Source of the DNA: Octopus bimaculoides
Taxonomy: Eukaryota
Direction of reading: 5' to 3'
NCBI RefSeq assembly: GCF_001194135.2
Contig: NC_069003.1
Coordinates: forward strand, 8,624,383 to 8,684,909
Length of the DNA stretch: 60,527 nucleotides
The position numbers and the translations under genes are program-made. Positions 47,331 to 60,030 of this stretch are shown one piece after another; the first letter of the stretch is position 1, and each line of letters opens with the position of its first letter. Below the pieces are notes generated by a model. That model ran no database searches. It saw only the letters and a program-made list of their open reading frames with translations, and was not told the DNA's origin.

Positions 47331-47784
47331 TACTTGCTCCTTAACGAGAATCCCGCCTGTATATGGTGGTTATTTACGAGCATAATTTGCCATTAGAAAT
47401 AATGGAGTCGAAACGAAGACAGGCGTTTGAGGCAGAGCGTGTTGCAAGCGCTACAATTAATACGTTTTCTCTAGAATTGAACATTGGTGCAGCTATGATT
47501 GTTTTAGTATGACAAATGTATTCCTTTGTGGGTACTTCTTATGAGAACATTCTTTAGAAAGGCCTACACTAATGAGTGAAGTAGTGATTGGCTGAAATTT
47601 CGATGACGTACCACGATGTGGAATGTCTATTGGTGTGTGTTGATATTCTTTTTCTTTTTAATTAATCGTCTCAGAATGCATGGTATTTGATAAATATTTT
47701 AATTTGTTGGCTTAACTTTTGTTGATAAATTGCCTTACTAATTATGAATTTTAATGAGGGCTGCAGGCATCATTGCTCTTAGAC

Positions 47785-47835
<51 letters not shown>

Positions 47836-48091
47836 CTTTTTTAAGCAACTTCAGTAATTGGCTGGTTCTCACTTTAACGCTAACAGGCAAGTTAGTTCAA
47901 TGGGAATTTGAACTTAGAATAAAAAGATGTACACACACACACACACACACACAGAGTTTATTGCAATAGATTTGTTTCAAATGTTCAAGACATCGGAATC
48001 GCTTGCACAAGTTGCACAGTGTTATTCCACATAAATTTCTTTTTTAAAATACTACTTACTCATACATATAAATGTATACGCAACTATATAC

Positions 48092-48140
<49 letters not shown>

Positions 48141-48417
48141 CAAGCACGAAGGGGTCTAATGCTCTTAGCTTAGACTTTTTTGGGGGGCAATCAGTTCGAA
48201 CCATCTCAAGTGTAACTGCCCGAAACTGTCGTGACTTCTGGTATTTGACTGAGGAAAGAAGGCCACGAATGCCTCTTATTTTTTTTCCTGTCCTTTTAAT
48301 TGTTGTTTCTCTTCGTCTTTGTATCGTCTATCTGTCCGAATGTTTTATTGTCCTTTGTATGTACCCTTGTATGTATGTATGTTTGTTTATATATATATAT
48401 ATATATATATACACATA

Positions 48418-48600
48418 CGAGGGGCTGTTGGAAAGTTCCTGATCTAAATGGAATCGCGAAAAGCCTATATGAAGGGCCAACTTGCCGAATTCTTTTACAG
48501 GGTTTAGAAAAATTGAAGGTCTGTTGCAATAAGTATGTGGACGAGAGGGGAGAATATTTTGAATAAAACCGTAATTAACTAAGCCTTCTGTATTTTTTTT
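48418..48600 (+). mobile_element. Mariner MITE fragment (left TIR plus transposase C-terminal remnant)
   Basis: TA|cgaggggctgttggaaagttcctg TIR, followed by LLQGLEKLKVCCNKYVDERGEYFE*. Confidence 0.75.
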
Positions 48601-49250
48601 ACTAATGCGGTCTTTTTATACTTCTTTTATTTTTCAAAATTAAGATAAAGTTCTTTTTTAATCTAAAATATACTCTGCTTCATTTTCTACAATACTCTTC
48701 CATCTATCTGGTAGACTTGCAAGGCCCCTCTTCTAAAATCCATTTGTCTGTGACGACAAATACTCCTCTGGTACTGTTCTGACCTCATCTACAAAATTCA
48801 TATTTATTCCGTCTAAATGATTTTGAAGACTGTGGAATTAATGATAATCAGATGGGGCAATGTCCGGCGAATACAGTGGGTGGGGTATTGTTTCCAATTC
48901 AAACTGCTACATCGTTAGGAATGTCGTCGTCGCTGTATGTGGCCGAATATTATCCCGGTGGTAGAACACTTTTCGTCTTGAAACCAGAAATGGTTGTTTT
49001 TCTTCTAGCGCTATTGTCAATGAATAGTTGAATGACTAAATCGAAGCTTCTCTGCTAGTTCCCGAATAGTTACGATGGGATTTCGTTCCACTAGGGTCGA
49101 ATAGTTTCAAGTATCAGAACGCATCGCAGTTTCTGAGTAGTGTGGTTGACTGGATAGGAAAATCTAAAAAACATCTACTATTCTTAGGACGGTAAAAACG
49201 TTATTGGACATTACACCAAGATTCTGATTTTTTATCGAGTGTTAATTGGA
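48600..49250 (-). mobile_element. Internally deleted mariner (DD34D) transposon remnant
   Basis: The minus strand reads HTH-like LVERNPIVTIRELAEKLRFSHSTIH joined to ALEE[fs]QPFLVSRRKVFYHRDNIRPHTA..PHPLYSPDIAPSDYH*FHSLQNHLDG..GLASLPDRWKSIVE (YSPD-APSD motif). Confidence 0.85.
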
Positions 49251-49374
49251 ATAAGAGGTTTCAGAAGCCAGTATAACTAAGCCAAGATATTTTCTTAGGA
49301 AAAGTGCAAAGAATAAAAAGAAAAGTAAAATAATAAGGGGGTTGGGAAGAATATTTGAAAGAAGTTTTGAACAG

Positions 49375-49772
49375 CAGGAGTGGCTGTGTGGTAAGTAGCT
49401 TGCTTACCAACCACATAGTTCAGGGTACAGTCCCACTGCGTGGCACCTTGGACAAGTGTCTTCTCCTATAGCCTCGGGCCGAACAAAGCCTTGTGAGTGG
49501 ATTTGGTAGACGGAAACTGAAAGAAGCACGTCGTATATATGTATATGTATATGTGTGTCTGTGTTTGTCCTCCCAACATCGCTTGACAACCGATGGTGGT
49601 GTGTTTACGTCCCCGTAACTTAGCGGTTCGGCAAAAAGAGAACGATAGGATAAGTACTAGGCTTACAAAAAATAAGTCCTGGGGTCGATTTGCTCGACTA
49701 AAGGCGGTGCTCCAGCATGGCCGTAGTCAAATGACTGAAACAAGTAAAAGAGTAAAAAGAGTAAAGAGTATT
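49375..49772 (+). mobile_element. SINE family A, near full length
   Basis: caggagtggctgtgtggtaagtag...gtaaaagagtaaaaagagtaaagagt. Confidence 0.92.
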
Positions 49773-50030
49773 AAATGATATGATTGGATGTGATTGGCTG
49801 ATGAAAGAGAAACAGAGAGCGAGAGAGAGGGAGTTAAAGAGAAGAGGGAGAGAGAGAATGAGAATATTTGTAAATGTGTTTGTGTGAGGGAGAAAGAAAA
49901 AGTATGGGTGTAAGTGTGCTTGAGGGGGAGAGAAAGAGGATTTGTGTATGTCAGTGTATGAGACAAAGATTGTGAAAGTGTGCCCATGTGCGTGTGTGCG
50001 TATGTGTGTGTGTGTGTGCGTATGTGTGTG

Positions 50031-50061
<31 letters not shown>

Positions 50062-50237
50062 TAGTGTGTAAGTGTGTTTGTCTGTGTGAGACAGTGAGAT
50101 GTAGCGACAGAGCATATGTATATGTGTGAGCGTTTGAGAAAGAGAGAGAGAGGATATGTGTATGTATGTGAGAGAGAGAGAGAGAAAACGAATGAGAAAT
50201 GAAAAGTAAGTGTACATGTGAGTGTGACAGAGAGTGC

Positions 50238-50268
<31 letters not shown>

Positions 50269-50672
50269 ACCATTATCACCCTGTGCTTTTCATGCATGGC
50301 TGCACATAGCAGAGAGGCGCGCTGTTGATGTATAACCTGCTCTTGCTTTAACATGAAAAGAAACAGAGACAAATAAATTATGAATTATGGAAAATATCAA
50401 GAAAGATGCATTGAACCAAGTTTATCGGGTTAATAGTTTCTTTCTTTTTTTTTTCCGTGAAGAAAAATCAAAATGAAATAAAACCGCATCACGTGATCGT
50501 ATCGATGGAAGAAATTTGAAGAGAAGAAAAAAGGAAAAAAGGAATATAGATGTTTAAAGAAAAACATTGTGAAAAATATGCGTTTAGGGACACTCAAACA
50601 CTCCGCTACAATTTATAAGGAAAACATGCGTGCATATACATATAATTATGTATATGTATGTATGTATGTATA

Positions 50673-50835
50673 GGCGTAGGAGTGGCTGTGTGGTAAGTAA
50701 ATTGCTTACCAACCACATGGTTCCGGGTTCAGTCCCACTGCGAGGCACCTTGAGTAAGTGTCTTCTATTATAGCCTCGGGCTAACCAAAGCCTTGTGAGT
50801 GGATTTGGTAAACGGAAAGTGAAAGAAGCCCGTCG

Positions 50836-50866
<31 letters not shown>

Positions 50867-51075
50867 GTGTGTGTGTATATGTCCCCCGCTCCCAACATCG
50901 CTTGATAACCGATGCTGGTATGTTTACGTCCCCGTAACTTAGCAGTTCAGCAAAAGAGACCGATAGAATAAGTACTACGCTTTCAAAGAATAAGTCCTGG
51001 GGTCGATTTGAACGATTAAAAAGCGGTGCTCCAGCATAGCCACGGTCAAATGACTGAAACAAGTAAAAGAGTAAA
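50673..51075 (+). mobile_element. SINE family A, full length
   Basis: ggcgtaggagtggctgtgtgg...aagtaaaagagtaaa, flanked by (GTAT)n. Confidence 0.92.
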
Positions 51076-51095
51076 ACGGTATGTATGTATCTATC

Positions 51096-51199
<104 letters not shown>

Positions 51200-51261
51200 A
51201 GAGAGAGAGAGAGATAGAGAGAAAGCGAGAGAGAGAGAGAGAGAGAGAAAGAGAGACATAC

Positions 51262-51299
<38 letters not shown>

Positions 51300-52410
51300 A
51301 CAACAAAAGAATGAGACCGATATTAGAGAAATAGAGAATTATTTATACATGTTATAAATTAGAATAATCAGAAAAAGACTGTCAGTAGTCAGAGTTTGGA
51401 ATGTCGGAGCGAAGAGCTACGATACATTCTCGTCGGCCATAAATGGCAACAGACGCAACGAAAAACCGTAAAATGTAAGGGAATTAACTCCAATAGAAAG
51501 GTGCTGACCGAAAACACGGGGAGCGATGCAGAAGTAGATACAGAAGACGTTGATGGTGCTGCACTTAATCAGAGTAACCGGGAGAAGCATAATGTCTGAA
51601 GCCCTGGGTGTAGAGAGTGAATAAATAACGAAGACAAAAGAATGATCGAAGACGTTACTAGTATCATTGAAGAAAACCTGGATATGGAAATAAATGGATT
51701 CAGGAAAGCAGATAGAGATTTGCTCTGGGGGTGGGTCCTTAAGGGGAAATGAATCAAGAAAAATAATATGACTGGAACGAATATTAATTAAAGGTTCGTC
51801 GTCTACATTGGAAATTAAGTAGCCCTCAAGCCAAACCGTAAATGTGGGAATGAAGAAAAACTGTTTTTCTCGTTGAGAACAAGGAACATGAAATGCTGTG
51901 GGATTTTACAATGCAATGTTGCTCCCTAATCGAGGCTCGGAGACCAGATATTGTTGTGGTAGATAAAGAAAGAAAGGAAGGAAACCATGAGCATAGATAT
52001 TGCAATACTTGGAGATGCACGCATAAGTTACAAAGAACTAGAAAAGACTGAAAAGTACAGACTACTAAAAGATGAAATTGCAAGATCGTGGACTAGGAGG
52101 AGTGTGTCTGTCATTCCAATAGTTGTAAGGGCACTTGGAGCACTAACAACCAAGTACGAGAAATATGTCAAAGAATTCGGAATTGACATGAGAGCAGACC
52201 AAGCCCCAAAATCTGCTCTGCTGGGGACTGCTAGAATTTTGAGATTGGTACTTGGATGTAGAATATCTCCCTCGATAATTATCAACCAAATATCAAAGCT
52301 TATAATGTGTAGGAAGAGACCCTGTAAGACCTCTGACGGCAGGCTGCTGTTCGCTCTCACAGAATCTACCAGAACAAACGAGACCGAACGTTCTGAGAAG
52401 TAAAACAACA
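51300..52410 (+). mobile_element. R4/Dong-type non-LTR element with an N-terminal ORF segment fused directly to the RLE domain (RT region absent), (AAT)n at the 3' end
   Basis: EDKRMIEDVTSIIEENLDMEINGFRKADRDLL..NMTGTN..VYIGNKVALKPNRKCGNEEK joins at about 51870 to VENKEHEMLWDFTMQCCSLIEARRPDIVVVDK[fs]IDIAILGD..EKTEKYRLLKDEI..VIPIVVRALG..KSALLGTARILRLVL. Confidence 0.85.
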
Positions 52411-52500
52411 GCAATGATGATAATAATAATAATGATAATAATAATAATAATAATAATAATGATAATAATAGAGGGAGAGAAAAAGAGAGACGGAAGAGGG

Positions 52501-52555
<55 letters not shown>

Positions 52556-53100
52556 GATAGATAGATAAATAGAGAGGTAGATATGGATACAGAACTAGAT
52601 AAATAGATAGATAGATACAGAGATAGATAGATAGATATGGATAGATAAATACAGAGATAGGTAGATAGATAGATAGATAGGTAGATAGATAGGTAGGCAA
52701 TCATGCGTGTAGTAAAAATAGATAGTTAAACTGTTAGAAATGTAAACGCGTAATTCTGCATAAAAAAAGACGAATGAGAGTGCACAACACTAAAATTTAA
52801 GAGAAATACTAGATTTTATCGGAATTTATTGGCAGCTTAAATTTTGAAAAACTCGTTACTCCGTGACTCAATTCTGATCGTCCGAAGAAAGCGGAAAATC
52901 AGAAAAATATCTGGAAGATACTTAAAGATAACAATAAGAAATAAACAGAGATGAAAGCAAATATCGCGCATTTATTCTATGAATATTGCCCATAACTCAA
53001 TGAACGGAAGATTCTTGTTTGATAATTCGCAAAACGACTACACACACACATACACATACACACATCCACACACACACACATGTACGCATGTATATATGTA

Positions 53101-53345
53101 GAAGGTGGTCCAAAAGTCACTGGGGATTGCAATTTTTGATATTTTTTTAATTTTTTGACATTTTTCTTTTCTTTTTAGGGATTTTATGGACTAAATCCTG
53201 GAAATTAATCATGGAAAAATATGACACCGCACAACGCAGCCAAGTAGTGAAAGTGTTTTATCAACTAACGTACAACAGGCCTTTTAAAGCAACGTGGTCG
53301 AAAAGTATAATGTATACTGTTGTGTCTATAAACTACAATGGATAA
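53101..53345 (+). mobile_element. Tc1/mariner-superfamily 5' end remnant
   Basis: TA|gaaggtggtccaaaagtcac resembles a CAGGGTGGTCCAAAAGT TIR; the ATG at 53211 reads MEKYDTAQRSQVVKVFYQ, like DD37D/DD41D N-termini (recalled). Confidence 0.45.
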
Positions 53346-53772
53346 GCAAACAATTCTAGTGTTATTCGAATATCAGAATCCTTGAACGTCTTCATAGTTG
53401 GCAAGTTGTCAATGGAAGCGTTTTAATTAAGTGTACTACAATGGAGTAATTGATAAGAAAGTTATACTTCCCATGTAGCAACATGTTACGAAGTAATTAT
53501 TTCTAGGGTGCGCCAAGAATTACAAATTTCAGAGTTTTGGTTGACCATTCGAATCTTCTAGATTAATAAGAATTCTTTATATTAACAGAAACCCCACTCA
53601 AGTGCTGATCAACGGGATCTAACGTTGTATAGAGCTAACTTATTTTAGGTTGAGGGAGAATATTTTAAAGGAAGCTGGGCGGAATTCTTTAAAAGCAAAC
53701 TGAGTTGAACAAACTCGTAGAAATTCTTTTATGCGGAAATTTAGAGAATTTTTTAATACTTATAAATGTTCA

Positions 53773-54161
53773 GTAAGGCGCAATGGCCCAGTGGTTAGGG
53801 CAGCGGACTCGCGGTCATAGGATCGCGGTTTCGATTCCCAGACCGGGCGTTGTGAGTGTTTATTGAGCGAAAACACCTAAAGCTCCACGAGGTTCCGGCA
53901 GGGGATGGTGGCGAACCCTGCTGTACTCTTTCACCACAACTTTCTCTCACTCTTACTTCCTGTTTCTGTTGTGCCTGTAATTCAAAGGGTCAGCCTTGTC
54001 ACACTGTGTCATGCTGAATATCCCCAAGAACTACGTTAAGGGTACACGAGTTTGTGGAGTGCTCAGCCACTTGCACGTTAATTTCACGAGCAGGCTGTTC
54101 CGTTGATCGGATCAACTGGAACCCTCGTCGTCGTAAGCGACGGAGTACCAACGACAACAAC
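53773..54161 (+). mobile_element. SINE family C, full length, tRNA-Arg(TCG)-like head
   Basis: A box TGGCCCAGTGG, acTCGcg loop, GGTTTCGATTCCC; (AAC)n tail; 11-bp TSD ataaatgttca (53762-53772, 54162-54172). Confidence 0.93.
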
Positions 54162-54387
54162 ATAAATGTTCATCTTCTCAGTGCATCTCTTATACATTGC
54201 TGTGTTGTCGAAATCTAAGTTAACTGATTTATACAAGACGGGTAGTCTGATCGTGTTTAAATTACATGAAATTGAACAACAAGCAACGAAAATAAAACAC
54301 TTTCTAGAGCAATGTTACCAAAATGTATAATGTGTAGCTTTTTTTATATCTATAAAGTATAAAGGATGATAGGCTAGCATATACATA

Positions 54388-54522
54388 GTCGCAGGCGTGG
54401 TTCCGTGGTAAGAAGCTTGCTTCCCAACCACATGGTTCCGGGCTCAGTCCAACTGCGAGGCACCTCGGACCAACGAAAGACTTGTGAGTGGATTTGGTAG
54501 ACGGAAACTAAAAGCAGCCTGT

Positions 54523-54559
<37 letters not shown>

Positions 54560-54745
54560 TTATATATATATATATATATAAGTGTGTGTGTGTGTGTGTG
54601 TGTTTAACCCATTAGCACTGATAACCGGTGTTGATGTGTTCACTTCCTCGTAACCCAACGATTCGGCAAAAGAGATCGATACGATAACTACTTGGCTTTA
54701 ACAATAAGTCTTCGGGTCGATTTCTTCGACAAAACTCTTCAAGCC
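54388..54745 (+). mobile_element. SINE family A, diverged with an internal deletion
   Basis: gcaggcgtggttccgtggtaagaag..cttgtgagtggatttggtagacggaaac..cggcaaaagagatcgat. Confidence 0.8.
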
Positions 54746-55227
54746 GTTATGTTTTCTCTTATAATACAATACTTTCTTCAAATGTTCACTCAGATATACT
54801 GAAATACGCGTAGAGTTTTAAATATTGGTCTTTTTCCATGCAGTTTATACCTAAATCGTACTATAAAATTAAATGTATCTGTACCTTTATATATTCACAT
54901 ACAAACACAGACGCATATACATATATATTTACGTATATACACATACATACATACACATATCTCTCTCTCTCTTTCTCTCTCTATACATATATATATATAT
55001 ATACACGTACATCTATACACATATCTATCTATCTATCTATCTATCTCTATATATATATATTTACGTATATACACAGATATATACACATATCTATCTATCT
55101 ATATATATATATATATATATATATACAAACATATATACACATCTATCTATCTATCTATATATATATATACAAACATATATACACATATCTATCTATCTAT
55201 ATATATATATACAAACACATACACATA

Positions 55228-55259
<32 letters not shown>

Positions 55260-56233
55260 AACACATATATACACATATCTATCTGTCAAGTATATATATA
55301 TATATATATACAAACACATATCTATCTATATATACATACATATATATATACACACACACATACGGTTGTATGCATAAGTACATTTATACAAGCGTGTACT
55401 GTGTGTGTGTGTGTGTGTGTGTGCTGCTTCCGCTCATGCTCTTCGTATTCTCATTAGCAACCCTAATGTGGGAAGTAGTAGTAGCTGTTGTTGTTGTTGT
55501 TGTTATTGCTATGATTGCTGCTATATTCTCTTCGCTTGCACATTGGTTTGCTAAACAGCTGTGGCTATGGCGTTTCCTTAATTACAGCGTATTTAATGGC
55601 GACTGCAATTAAAGAAATTATTCATTGAAATTCGTCTTCGACGATAATGAAATTTAGATGTCAGGGTTTTATAGAATTCATGATTTCTGAACGGACAATA
55701 TCCTTCAGTAGAATAGCATTGAGCATTTGAAGCTATATCGACCTCAATTTGCTCCAAACACGCACCTTTGTACAACGATCATTGAAGAACATTCACTCTT
55801 TCGCCCAAAGACCCACTAATGCGCATACACGCACAGAGGACACACACATGAAATTACACACATATCAAATCACACACACACACACACATGAAAGCATACA
55901 CGCATACACACATTGTTACGTTCACACACGTCCACATTAGATAATTGTGTGCATTTCGTGTGTTTTATTTTCCATGTGACTGCATGCGCGCGTGTGTCCG
56001 TACGTTTGTGCGTTGCCTTGCATGTATGCATATATCTGAAGGTGCATGTGTGTGTATGAGTGCTTGTCTGTGTATGTTATGCGTCATTATGTATGCTTAC
56101 GAGTGTGTGTATATATGTATGCATGCATGCATATACGTCTGAGCGTGCTACCGTGTGTATGTATAAAAGCGTATGTAAATATGAATGTGTTTTTGTGCAT
56201 GTTGCTGTGTGTAAGACTAAGAGAGTATGTATG

Positions 56234-56292
<59 letters not shown>

Positions 56293-56639
56293 NNNNNNNN
56301 NNNNNNNNNNNNNNNNNNNNNNNNNNNNNNNNNNNNNNNNNNNNNNNNNNNNNNNNNNNNNNNNNNNNNNNNNNNNNNNNNNNNNNNNNNNNNNNNNNNN
56401 NNNNNNNNNNNNNNNNNNNNNNNNNNNNNNNNNNNNNNNNNNNNNNNNNNNNNNNNNNNNNNNNNGGGGCGTGTGTGTATGTGATTGTATGTATGCTTTA
56501 GGGTCTGTCTATCAGTGTATATATATGTATATGTATGTATGTATGTATGTTTGTGTGAGCTTTTCTGTGTATGTCTATAAGCATGTGTGACTATGTAAGT
56601 ACGCTTGTTCCCACTCTTGTGCATATGATCTGCTTTAAT

Positions 56640-57255
56640 GATCTCTAATGATTCTGCTAGCTCGGCTCCCCTTCTGAGTGTTCCAATTTAGGCACAAGGC
56701 TGGCAATTTTACGAGTAGGGGACAGTCGATATCACCGATCTCACTGCTTGACTGATACATTGTGTTATATAAGGTTAATGGATAAAGAGGCGCAATGGCC
56801 TAGTGGTTAGGGTAGTGGACTCACGGTCATAGGATCGCAGTTTCGATTCCCAGACCGGGCATTGTGAGTGTTTATTGAGCGAAAACACCTAAAGCTCCAC
56901 GAGGCTCCAGCAGGGAATGGTGGCGAACCCTGCTGTACTCTTTCACCACAACTTTCTCTCACTCTTACTTCCTGTTTCTGTTGTACCTGTAATTCAAAGG
57001 GTCAGCCTTGTCACACTGAATATCCCCGAGAACTACGTTAAGGGTGCACGTGTCTGTGGAGTGCTCAGCCACTTGCACGTTAATTTGACGAGCAGGCTGT
57101 TCCGTTGATCGGATCAACTGGAACCCTCGACAACAATGGATAAAAGGTAAATCTGAAGGCGTCAGGATTTGAACGCAGGGCGTAAAGAACCGGAAGAAAT
57201 ATAGCAAATCAACTGATATCTTTTTTTGTTTCGCGCCAATGATTCTACAACTATC
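56640..57255 (-). mobile_element. Old SINE-B copy split by the SINE-C insertion
   Basis: ttaggcacaagg..gtcgat lies before the insertion, and ggataaaaggtaaa..gatttgaacgcag..cgcgccaatgattct after it. Confidence 0.6.
56787..57134 (+). mobile_element. SINE family C with a 10-bp TSD
   Basis: TSD aatggataaa at 56777-56786 and 57135-57144; a 12-nt internal deletion and a shortened 3' end. Confidence 0.92.
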
Positions 57256-57314
57256 TATTCGCTGTTAGTATTTGAATGTGAAGCCAAAATCAAATTCTGG
57301 CCACACAGTTCGCT

Positions 57315-57345
57315 ATTGGTAAATATAGAAGCGCAGCTATAAATA
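57315..57345 (+). promoter_or_regulatory. Possible core promoter: inverted CCAAT (57315-57319) and TATAAATA (57338-57345)
   Basis: Motif match and spacing only; the CCAAT at 57236 lies inside a decayed SINE-B head. Confidence 0.25.
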
Positions 57346-57393
57346 GACGAGGTGGTGTAGTTTTTATCGTTGGTGTGGCTGTTCGTAGGATTG

Positions 57394-57522
57394 ATGCTGT
57401 TGGTGCTGCTACTTATGTTGTTGTTGTTGCGTAGCTGCTGGTCAACTCTGACCGAACAGACCTGTGATCTCATTTCAGCTCACGATATATCTCTGTTTCA
57501 AAGCCAAAATTTCCATGATTAA
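57394..57522 (+). CDS. Candidate 42-aa sORF with a signal-peptide-like N-terminus
   Basis: MLLVLLLMLLLLRSCWSTLTEQTCDLISAHDISLFQSQNFHD*, about 50 nt downstream of the TATA box, followed by AT-rich sequence with AATAAA; the Leu run overlaps a (TTG)n repeat. Confidence 0.2.
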   Translation: MLLVLLLMLLLLRSCWSTLTEQTCDLISAHDISLFQSQNFHD

Positions 57523-58540
57523 TATATGCGACATGTCACGAGTTTTTAAACGTTATTGTACTTTTTTTTAATTTTACTATTTTTTCTTTATATGTTTCAT
57601 AAAGCATAAATTTATGGCATAGGATAAAACACTTGATATCCATATAAAGCCAAAAAAAATAAATAAAAAAATAATAAATACACAAAAATAAAAGCCGAAA
57701 AACGAAGAAGAGAAATTTGCATAATGTTTTGATAAATTAGATGCAAGATAAATGTTTTTGATATTATATTAGCATATAGAATTTACTTTAACCTTGATAT
57801 ATTATTCGGGAACGTTCTTTGACAAAACATTACGTTACATTACATTGCTTCTCTTCGACTCATTTAATAAACATTATATTTTCAGTTTGTCAGTGTGAAT
57901 TTTATCAAATATAAATGCAAGTAATATAACACGAGCAACGCAAGCATTATATCTGCATTTGCATGACATGTCACGCAGGTTTTTGCAACAAATAAATTCT
58001 CCATTTAATATAAACATTTGTATTTGGATAACATTTTAGATTTATCTAATCTAACATCAACAAAAAAACAAACTAAAATAGAAGGGAAAAGAAACATTTC
58101 CTCGTATCGATTTGATGTGAGAGCAATTTAATGATAAGTAATATCACAATTTGATATCAAAAACGTGTCAATTTCAGTTGATGACTTTATAAGCAGATCT
58201 CACATAGATATCAGTTTTCTTATTACCATACAATGACGAAAAGATTCATTCCGATGCCATCCTACTTATTCCTATGGCTACGAAGGAATTGTCGAACGAT
58301 TGAAAACTAAGAGCAAAGCAAAAGTTACGGAAAGCCCGAAAATGTTTGTCTTGATGAAAAGTCAGTTTCGTTTGATTGAAGAGAAAGAAAGTATTAATAT
58401 TACCTTTGTGCCGGGATTTATATATATATATATGGTAACCTATTGTTGCAACAATAACTTTCACCGTGTGACTGAACAAATATTTATAATTCTATTTATC
58501 TATCTATCTACCTGTCTATCTATCTATCACAGTTTGACAT

Positions 58541-58585
<45 letters not shown>

Positions 58586-59759
58586 NNNNNNNNNNNNNNN
58601 NNNNNNNNNNNNNNNNNNNNNNNNNNNNNNNNNNNNNNNNNNNNNNNNNNNNNNNNNNNNNNNNNNNNNNNNNNNNNNNNNNNNNNNNNNNNNNNNNNNN
58701 NNNNNNNNNNNNNNNNNNNNNNNNNNNNNNNNNNNNNNNNNNNNNNNNNNNNNNNNNNNNNNNNNNNNNNNNNNNNNNNNNNNNNNNNNNNNNNNNNNNN
58801 NNNNNNNNNNNNNNNNNNNNNNNNNNNNNNNNNNNNNNNNNNNNNNNNNNNNNNNNNNNNNNNNNNNNNNNNNNNNNNNNNNNNNNNNNNNNNNNNNNNN
58901 NNNNNNNNNNNNNNNNNNNNNNNNNNNNNNNNNNNNNNNNNNNNNNNNNNNNNNNNNNNNNNNNNNNNNNNNNNNNNNNNNNNNNNNNNNNNNNNNNNNN
59001 NNNNNNNNNNNNNNNNNNNNNNNNNNNNNNNNNNNNNNNNNNNNNNNNNNNNNNNNNNNNNNNNNNNNNNNNNNNNNNNNNNNNNNNNNNNNNNNNNNNN
59101 NNNNNNNNNNNNNNNNNNNNNNNNNNNNNNNNNNNNNNNNNNNNNNNNNNNNNNNNNNNNNNNNNNNNNNNNNNNNNNNNNNNNNNNNNNNNNNNNNNNN
59201 NNNNNNNNNNNNNNNNNNNNNNNNNNNNNNNNNNNNNNNNNNNNNNNNNNNNNNNNNNNNNNNNNNNNNNNNNNNNNNNNNNNNNNNNNNNNNNNNNNNN
59301 NNNNNNNNNNNNNNNNNNNNNNNNNNNNNNNNNNNNNNNNNNNNNNNNNNNNNNNNNNNNNNNNNNNNNNNNNNNATATATATATATATATATATATATA
59401 AAGAGGAATATATTTAGTTTTAAATCTCTCAACGTGATGTAATTAGTAACAGTACTACAGAGGAAAATATATTCGCCAATGTAAAATTGGCAGTCCTGGT
59501 TAAGGCGATCTTACTATCTTTTTTTATCCCCAGGAAAACATCTTTTTCCGGCTGAGTGGGGACATTAGCTCCTTTGTTAGATGTATAAGGAGGCAGTTGT
59601 GCATCGGTTGTCAGAGATTTATAACTAAATGTTTTCCTATTTACGAGATCAGTAACTGCATGTCACTTTAAAATTATATACACCGAACAAGACCTTGTGG
59701 AGCATCAGCTTATTCGAAGATATTCAAATCAATATAATATGAAATTCTTTGTATGTATG

Positions 59760-60030
59760 TATGTATGTCATTGTTCAATTTTATTTTAATATTTCTTGCC
59801 AATAGAGAAAGAACCGTTTTCTAAGCTAGATCCAAGGGTTCTTCATTGGAATTTCGACAACATCAACTGGGTATGTATGTGTGTAGGTCATTATTCAGTA
59901 TTATTTCAAGATTGCTTGCTAATAGAAAAAGAGCCGGTTTCTAACTTATATCCAAGGCTCCTTCATTAGAATTTCAACAACATCAGCCGGATGTGTGTGC
60001 ATGTCATTGTTCAGTTTTATTCCAGGATGC
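59760..60030. repeat. ~125-bp unit repeated about 2.3 times, punctuated by (TATG)n
   Basis: gtcatt(g/a)ttca..ttcttgc(c/t)aataga(g/a)aaaga..tttcta..atccaagg..ttcatt(g/a)gaatttc(g/a)acaacatca at about 59767 and 59888, and a partial copy at about 60003. Confidence 0.85.

Noticed and set aside
55560-55790. Possible DD37D/DD41D transposase remnant
   Set aside because: No catalytic motif readable and no TIR.
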